Below the pieces are notes generated by a model. That model worked only from the letters and a program-made list of their open reading frames with translations. It ran no database searches and was not told where the DNA came from. A stretch of 64,000 nt of DNA from Eledone cirrhosa (taxonomy: Eukaryota), in assembly GCA_964016885.1 (NCBI GenBank), contig OZ024741.1, forward strand, positions 60,946,001-61,010,000, in the 5' to 3' direction. A program made the position numbers and the translations under genes. Below, piece after piece: positions 54,930 to 64,000 of this stretch. Positions within the stretch are counted from its first letter, which is position 1. Each line of letters begins with the position of its first letter.

Positions 54930-57900
54930 AAGAAAAAAATCACGGAAATAAAAAAATATTTTCCAGAGTTATTAAAAGAAAAAATCACGGAAATAAAAAT
55001 AAGTTAACAAAATATTGGTTAAATCGGACAAAACAAATAATTTATATGGGATAAACAAAGAAGAATATAATAACTTGATATTAAAGGAACTTAGGAAAAA
55101 TTATAAAAAAGCCCCAGCTGAAGATCTTACAGAAATGAATGATGATGCATATAAATTAATTACCAATTTAGGAATCGAAGGAAGAACATAGCCACTTATA
55201 CCTAGGCAGCCGCGGATCAACTTAAAAGATTACAAAAGAAACTTCGAGGAAGACCTGCCAGTTAGACTGATTGCTCCATCCAAATCGGTTATTGGAGTAA
55301 TCAGTAAAACATTATTGATAGAATTCTACCTGCTCTGAAATTGAGATCTAATTTGGGCTTGTGGAAAGATACAAATGAAGTTATAGAATGGTATGAGAAT
55401 ATAGATGATAAGAAAAACCGTAAATTCATCCAGATGGATATAACAAGCTACTATTCTTCCATAACGCCCAACCTACTAAATAAGGCTCTATCATACGTTT
55501 ACAAGCATACTGATCTAACCACGGATGAAATTGATATCATACTAACAGCTACAAGAACTCTTATTAACTTGAGTATTGGACCCGCTCAGATAGAAATAAA
55601 AACTTTGATATTACCATGGGTCATCTGATTCAGCGGTAATCACAGATCTTCTGGGGATTTTCATATTAAATATGATAAATAGAAAACTGCCGGAGATTAC
55701 CGGTGGTTTATATAGGGACAACATTTTATTTACGGTTGTCAAACACAACAATATTGAACTAAATAGAGTAAATAATTCAATTCTTTAAAATGTATGACCT
55801 TAAGCTAGAAGTAGAAAGTGGTACCAAAATAGTTAATTTCATTGATGTTACGTTAAACTCTGGCTTTTATTACCCTTTCCATAAGCCCAATGAAAACTTA
55901 AATTACGTTAGTTATTACTCCAATCACCCTAAGTCAGTAAAAAAAGCAATTGTAAATAGTATGCAAAAACGCATTAATAGAATATCTGCCAATAAAGCAA
56001 TATTTGATGAAAATGCAGGATATTACAATGAAGCACTAAAAAGAGCAGGTTATGAGAATAATATAGAATATGTAGATAATAATAATCCAAGTTTTAATCC
56101 TGATAAAAATGATAAAAATAATGGCATATATAAACGAAATTCTATAAATTCTAATAATTATAATTCAAACACCTATACTGTGAACAAATCGAGGAAAAGA
56201 ACCAGAACTAAATCAGTTATATGCCCCCCCCCCCCCCCTGCTTCCGTAGCAGTGAGAACACCAATAGCTAACCTATTATTTAAAGCTTTGGATAGCTCTT
56301 TCCCTAGTCAACATAAATAACATTCTATTTTTAATAGACACACTATTAAATTATCTTATTCTACAACTATGAATATGGCCCAAAACATTGCTAAAATAAA
56401 CAGTATTATTCTAAATCAAAATCAGCATAATGATTGTAATAATAGTGTTAAAATAAATAATAATAATAAATCAAAATGTAATTGTAGAAATAAACCAGAT
56501 TGCCCTCTGCAAAATAATTGTTTGGACAGTAATTTGGTGTATAAATGCAGCGTAAAAACTGATAACAATATATACTACTACATAGGAGCGACTTCTTCTA
56601 CATTTAAGGCTAGATTTGCGAATCATAAATGCTCATTTTCGAATTCTAATAGGAAATCTTCGATTTCTTTATCATAGCTTATTAAAAGACAAAAATTTAA
56701 AATACTCGATCTTTTGTACGAAATTTTGTAATAGTGGAGTTTATATCAACTCAAGTATATCAAGTAACTGCGCCCTCTGTACAATGGAGACCCTATTGAT
56801 AATTAATAATTATGAAAACTTAATTAACAAAAAAAATGAATTATTCTCAAACTGCCTTCATAAAGCTTTGTCTACATTCCAAGCCTCGCATAAAGTCAGG
56901 AAAAAACAGTAAGCAACCAAGCCTGGTTTTTAGACGTACATCATCAACTGTTGAAAATATAAATCATAACGGCTTATAACACTTTAATAATGCTTTGTCT
57001 TCTAATCATTTATAATGGAAATAATGTTTGAATGAGTGACACTTGTTTAATAACTTGTTGGCAGGTTGGATATACATAACCTATGGCTTTTTGGATATTT
57101 TTAACTTTGATTCAGATCTTTATTTTTCTATCTCTGTTTTAAATATATAGTTTAGATATCTAACCTGTAAATTTTACTGACTTTAATTTGAACTGTGGAT
57201 TATTCATGCGTTTACATTTATATATATATGTATGTATTTTACATATATATATGTACTTTACTCATTTGGGGATGGTTTTTAAAGCGTCAGAAAGTTGGCT
57301 TTGTTTTTTATGTATTTTATGTATTTTTAGCAAACAATATTAGCAGGCAAATATTGGTTTATATCTCCACTAAATTGGAGGTAAGACTACTAACAGTGTT
57401 TTTAATCGATATATTTTATTGGATATATACCGTCTTATTAATATCTAGTATATCAAAGTATAGTTTGTGAAAATATCTTTATCTAGTGTAATAACATAAT
57501 CGAGGTTACACATGTATGAAACTACTAACAAAGATTATAATCGTTATTCTTTATTAAATGTATACCGTCTCATTAATACTTAGTATATCTCTATATATAG
57601 TTTGGGCAAATATGTTTATATTGTATAATAACATAATCATAATTATAGTTCGGTAGAACTCTATATATAGTTCGTGCAAATATATTTATATTGTATAATA
57701 ACATAATCATAATTAGAGTTCGGTCTTCCCTAGAAGGTAGAACTAATGTAGTGATTTAATATAATATATGAACAATAATAAAAATAATAATTTATAGTCC
57801 TGATATTATGATCAATACACACATATATATATATATAGCTGAAAACTCTGACTTTTTTAGGTTTAATTATTATACTTTAGGCACTATAACTATTTAACAA

Positions 57901-58654
57901 TAAATTCCTTGATAGTTATAACTGTAAATACTTCATAAATTATATTATGGAAAATGCTGTCACTGTTACAAGTAATTTTGTTAAAGATTACCTTTGTGAG
58001 AATATTGAACAGTATATATTTTTCTTTCGCGGGCCTCGTAAATCCTTTAAATTTGTTTTCATAAAACTTTGAATTTTAGAAATTTAACACAATTATAAAA
58101 TAAATAAAAATAACCATCAAATTTTAAAACCTAAAATTTTTATACTTTACCCTAAAATAACATAAATTAAATATTTTGAAATTTAACCGCCAAAGCTATA
58201 TACGTTTATATGTGTCTGAGGGAAATTTGAGCATAAATTACTCCCCTTTATCTCTCCCTCTCTTTAATTATCTGTCAGTTGTCTTCTCAAGCTTAAATAC
58301 TAAATAAATTATAACTCCAGGTACGTCTTCCTCTATAGTTCTATAGTAGTATTTCAGATTTTAAAAACTCTATAACTGTTGCATTAAGGCAATGTTTTTC
58401 TTACTCACACTCTCTCTATTGATTCTATTACGTTTTCGCATGTCCTCAATATTAGGGTATAAATATTGAGTTTTCTCATAAGTTAATCACTACCTTGATT
58501 AAATCTTAACCATCTAACATGTCAGGGTATGTCATGTATCATTTTATTTTATCTGATGAGGACGTACTGTTGAACTTGATTCAATTACCTCTGAAATATG
58601 TATAATAAAATTTAATTGATCACAAGAATATCTACTTTGTTAATATTTGAATTA

Positions 58655-58655
<1 letters not shown>
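54930..58655 (+). mobile_element. Decayed Naiad-like Penelope element: RT, CxCx5C, GIY-YIG, ~1.7-kb 3' UTR, HHR-like motif at ~58541-58612
   Basis: DKTNNLY, INLKDYK, VRLIAPSKS, LWKDTNEVIEW, MDITSYYSSI, GLYRDN (catalytic DD lost), CNCRNKPDCPL, LVY...YYIG. Confidence 0.88.
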
Positions 58656-58720
<65 letters not shown>

Positions 58721-58722
<2 letters not shown>

Positions 58723-58845
58723 GGGGCGTGGGGGGGACATGGTGCCCAAACCCTGATTTGTAAGACTTCGCCAGGTGATGCAATTAAGTTAGACGTGGCC
58801 TTGGCCAATACTGGCCGAAACCTATCAAGGTTATCAAAGTTTTAT
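58721..58845 (+). repeat. Short repeat family E (also 9090-9155, 62762-62833 minus, 63958-64000)
   Basis: catggtgcccaaaccct(g/c)atttgtaagacttcgccag; ggccaatactggccgaaacc HHR-like half. Confidence 0.75.
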
Positions 58846-58862
58846 ATATATATATATATACG

Positions 58863-58894
<32 letters not shown>

Positions 58895-58896
58895 TA

Positions 58897-58961
<65 letters not shown>

Positions 58962-58990
58962 AAAACCACAGACCCTCCATCTCAACTCTA

Positions 58991-59027
58991 CTTTTGAAAA
59001 GCAGAAGAACTGCGAAACCGGTAAAGG
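58991..59027 (+). ncRNA. Hammerhead with U3-A8 core; near-identical inverted copy at 62449-62485
   Basis: ctt ttgaaaa gcag aagaa ctgc gaaa ccgg ta aag. Confidence 0.65.
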
Positions 59028-59134
59028 AAAAGGAACCAAATAAATATATATATATATATTTAAAAAAATAAGACTCCAGTTACATTTTCGATTTTATATA
59101 TATTTATATTTCGATTATATATATATATATATAT

Positions 59135-59634
<500 letters not shown>

Positions 59635-59680
59635 AGTAAAAGCGAAGTAGTTTCAGATGTTCAAGTCCTTTAATAATAAT

Positions 59681-59754
59681 GCTGTGATATATATTTCAAT
59701 GACGACACTGGCCACACTGTTCTGTGTGCGAGTGTCGTGACATCATCAGACAGC
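59681..59754 (-). ncRNA. Type I hammerhead ribozyme
   Basis: GCUGU/ACAGC; CUGAUGA; long stem II ACGACACU...AGUGUCGU with CACAC/GUGUG; GAAA; U-AUAU-A; AUC site. Confidence 0.9.
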
Positions 59755-60973
59755 TTGCTACATAATAAGGATATGTTTCCGAGGCAATCCAAGTTGAATC
59801 GACATGGGAACGGACGAAGTGTGTGCTTTTGGGTTCTTCATCCGTTCCCCTGTGAGTACCAATTCACCCCCACCGGTCTGCGCAGGCGCATGCCCGAAGG
59901 AAGTTGACCATTAGCTACCGCCGATTTCAACGAAATTCGCTTAGTCAGTTCACCCTCTCAGCCAAACAATGACCCATTTAGGCCTGTACCATAGTTGCTA
60001 CCCGTGCCGTCTGTGGCAGTCAGCCGAAAGCCAGAGGGGATGGGAGCGTATTAGTTTTTACAGGTCACAATACTACCTCTCACCACGCATGGACAGTATG
60101 ATTGACCATCAACTCACAAGACAGAATATACTTAATTCTAGGTATCATGGTTTTACATTGGAAGTTATGAGTGAGAGTTGGAAATAAAAATTAAAATCCT
60201 AAATAAAAAATCAGAAATTATAAATTAAACAATTAAAAAATTAACGATTAGAAATTAAAAAATTTTTCAAGTGAGAATCTGGATTGAGGTGAGTAAAAAA
60301 ACATAGATTGAAGTGAGTAAATAATATGGAGAGAGATGTTTAAGTAAGAAGTTCTGAGAGGGGTTCCAATGTCAAAGTTACACTATCCACATATTGAACG
60401 ATAGTGCCGTACATTAGAACGGAGGGTAAACTACAGTATTCAAGGCAGTAGTCAATCTGGTACACAGTCATAATTTCCATCACATGGAACAAAACCAAAG
60501 GAAAACAGATATAAAGTACACAAAAGAATAGAATCAATAATGAATAAATGCAAAATCACAGAGTACATATATGCAAAATGATCCATATGATTGTCAATTT
60601 GTCCATGTATAGATTGAATTGAGGGGGCTTCTGTTCAAAAGCGATTTGGTGCAGGAAAATATGGGTTTATCTCAGTTTTTGTTTCCGCGTATTTACCCAG
60701 CCGAAAGTTACTATTATGTCCGTCCAGTGTCAGGGGTTTCCATCCCCATAGTAGAGGGAATTTCCATGGGTAGCTCATGGTTGGTTCCTCTCTTCTCCAC
60801 CATGTCGGTTACATCATAGAGCGCTCAACTAATTGGCGCTAAATTCTTAGGGTAAATATTGATGCAATTCAATTCAAGCACTCAACGTACTTTTTCCACA
60901 TAGGAGTGACGGAGTAAATATCGAATAAGTAAAAGCGAATTAGTTTCAGATGTTCAAGTCCTTTAATAATAAT

Positions 60974-61047
60974 GCTGTGATATATATTTCAATGACGACA
61001 CTGGCCACACTGTTCTGTGTGCGAGTGTCGTGACATCATCAGACAGC
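60974..61047 (-). ncRNA. Type I hammerhead ribozyme (identical to 59681-59754)
   Basis: Same sequence and fold. Confidence 0.9.
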
Positions 61048-61637
61048 TTGTTACATAATAAGGTTATGTTTTTGAGGCAATCCAAGTTGAATCGACATGG
61101 GAACGGACGAAGTGTGTGCTTTTGGGTTCTTCATCATTTCCCCTGTGAGTACCAATTCACCCCCACCGGTCTGCGCAGGCGCATGTTCGAAGGAATTTGA
61201 CCATTAGCTACCGCCGATTTCAACGAAATTCGCTTAGTCAGTTCACCCTCTAAGCCAAACAATGACCCATTTAGGCCTGTACCATAGTTTACTGCTACCC
61301 GTCCCGTCTGTGGCAGTCAGCCGAAAGCCAGAGGGGATGGGAGAGTGTTAGTTTTTACAGGTCACAATACTACCTCTCACCAAGCATGGACAGTACGACT
61401 GACCATCAACTCCCAAGAGAAAATATACTTAATTCTAGGTATCATGGTTTTACATTAGAAGTTATGAGTGAGTTGGAAATAAAAATTAAAATCCTAAATC
61501 AAAAATCAGAAATTATAAATTAAAAAATTAACAATTAGAAATTAAAAGATTTTTCAGGTGAGAATCCGGATTGAGGTGAGTAAATTAAACATATAGATTG
61601 AAGTGAGTAAATAATATATATATATATATATATATAG

Positions 61638-62318
<681 letters not shown>

Positions 62319-62514
62319 GTGAGGTTTTTTTACAAAATGAAAAATAACCGAGGTGTCCTACACGAGTGAAAGTATAAGTAAAAAAGATGAAATCGAAAAT
62401 GCAACTGAATTCTTATTTTTTAAAATATATATATATATTTATTTGGTTCCTTTACCGGTTTCGCAGTTCTTCTGCTTTTCAAAAGTAGAGTTGAGATAGA
62501 GGGTCTGTGGTTTT

Positions 62515-62568
<54 letters not shown>

Positions 62569-62831
62569 TAATAAAAACAATGAATAAAAACAAAGAACAA
62601 GTTCCTTATATTAAGAAATTCATCATTTTACGATCGTTTCTAGGATATTTATGTGTGTTGGTATGTATATCATATAGATCTATATAAAAATATTACGAAC
62701 TATCAGAGGAAATATACATACCTTCACATATATATGCTGTCGGATTGGACACTAGCGTATATTTTGGCCACGTCTAACTTAATTGCACCATCTGGCGAAG
62801 TCTTACAAATGAGGGTTTGGGCACCATGGCC

Positions 62832-62967
<136 letters not shown>

Positions 62968-62974
62968 TATATAT

Positions 62975-63919
62975 AAACCAAAAGACACTCCACCAGACAT
63001 GACAACTGCTGCAGACTAGCCAACTGCCCCATCAACGACACAGACCTATGCCACCAGGCTTACGTCGTATACAGCCTAGAGTGTGACAAATGCAACAACT
63101 TCTACGTAGGTAGCACCACCAGACCACTCCACATAAGAATAAAAGAACACCTCAATACTAACGCTTCCTCATTTAAGAAACACCTAGTTAAATGCAAAAA
63201 CACCGACAAAACCATAACAGTTAGGATAGAAACTAAGGAAAGAAACCTCGGCAATCTTAGAATTAAGGAAGCACTAATTATAGATAAATCACAACCACTA
63301 ATCAATAATAGACTAGAACTCAATACCCAATTAATAACCTGATAGGGCTTCTAGCCCCATATTTACACACCCCACAATCACACACGCTTACACATCCACT
63401 TATTCTCTTTCACACATACACACACAAAACCAGTTCTAACACCAGATAACACCTATCCCCCACATTTACGAATAGACTTATCTTCTCACACTCACACACA
63501 CACACACACACATACTTACACCTTCATGCATTCTCCCACACACTTAAACAGGCATGTATATAAAAAATTAAAAAACCCTAAACAAACCCTTTTTAAAGGG
63601 AGACTACTCTTTATCCATCTAATTTTAACTCTTTGACATTAGAGGTAGAACAGATACTCTATACTATTTCCTGTCAGCATGGCTTGGCAAGATATTTAGA
63701 AGGCTGGTTTGAGACCTTTATTTCCCTCTGAAGAAGAGATATTATCTCGAAAATTAAGGACATTTAAATAAATCTAAGGTAAAAGACGAATTGTCAACAA
63801 TATCTTTTGCAATTGCATTCTTTTTTCTATGTTCATACCTGCATTGTTTTGGCTTTATTATACATATTCAAACGTTAATACCTCATTACACAATGCTTCA
63901 AGTGAACTATAACCTCCTC

Positions 63920-63922
<3 letters not shown>
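62975..63922 (+). mobile_element. 5'-truncated Penelope-like element: GIY-YIG domain (open frame 62977-63342, absent from the ORF track), 3' UTR and HHR
   Basis: [48 protein letters not shown]...EALII...PLIN; (TA)n flanks. Confidence 0.88.
63724..63760 (+). ncRNA. Ultra-minimal hammerhead (loop-less stem III AAUU)
   Basis: CCU/AGG; CUGAAGA-A; GAGAU-AUU-AUCUC; GAAA-AU-UA. Confidence 0.75.
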
Positions 63923-63962
<40 letters not shown>

Positions 63963-64000
63963 TGGGGGGGGGGGGCATGGTGCCCAAACCCTCATTTGTA

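Noticed and set aside
56470-56525. Selenocysteine recoding as reported for some Naiad PLEs
   Set aside because: The Cys positions of [15 protein letters not shown] use TGT/TGC, not TGA; no SECIS recognised by eye

Overview
Eukaryotic, very AT-rich, microsatellite-saturated DNA with no confidently identifiable host gene. The SINE and repeat content looks like an octopus/cephalopod genome (inference). Most ORFs in the supplied track are (TA)n/(CA)n translation artefacts. The real coding remnants are all mobile elements: four Penelope-like elements (PLEs; RT and/or GIY-YIG), a tandem/chimeric L1-Tx1-like LINE, CR1-, RTE-, Hero-like and RNase H LINE fragments, a mariner end, two non-autonomous Helitrons and many tRNA-headed SINEs. 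The main hidden signal is RNA structure. By eye I fold about 25 complete or near-complete type I hammerhead ribozyme (HHR) motifs plus about 10 half-motifs, from more than a dozen apparently unrelated sequence families. Nearly all sit in short (TA)n-embedded palindromic or tandem non-coding elements. These include a 1293-bp-period element with two intact HHRs, a ~420-bp tandem unit (both retrozyme/circRNA candidates), U3-A8 compensated cores, N.N-closed stem II variants and HHRs with ~100-150-nt stem II extensions. All folds were made by eye and none has been computed or assayed.
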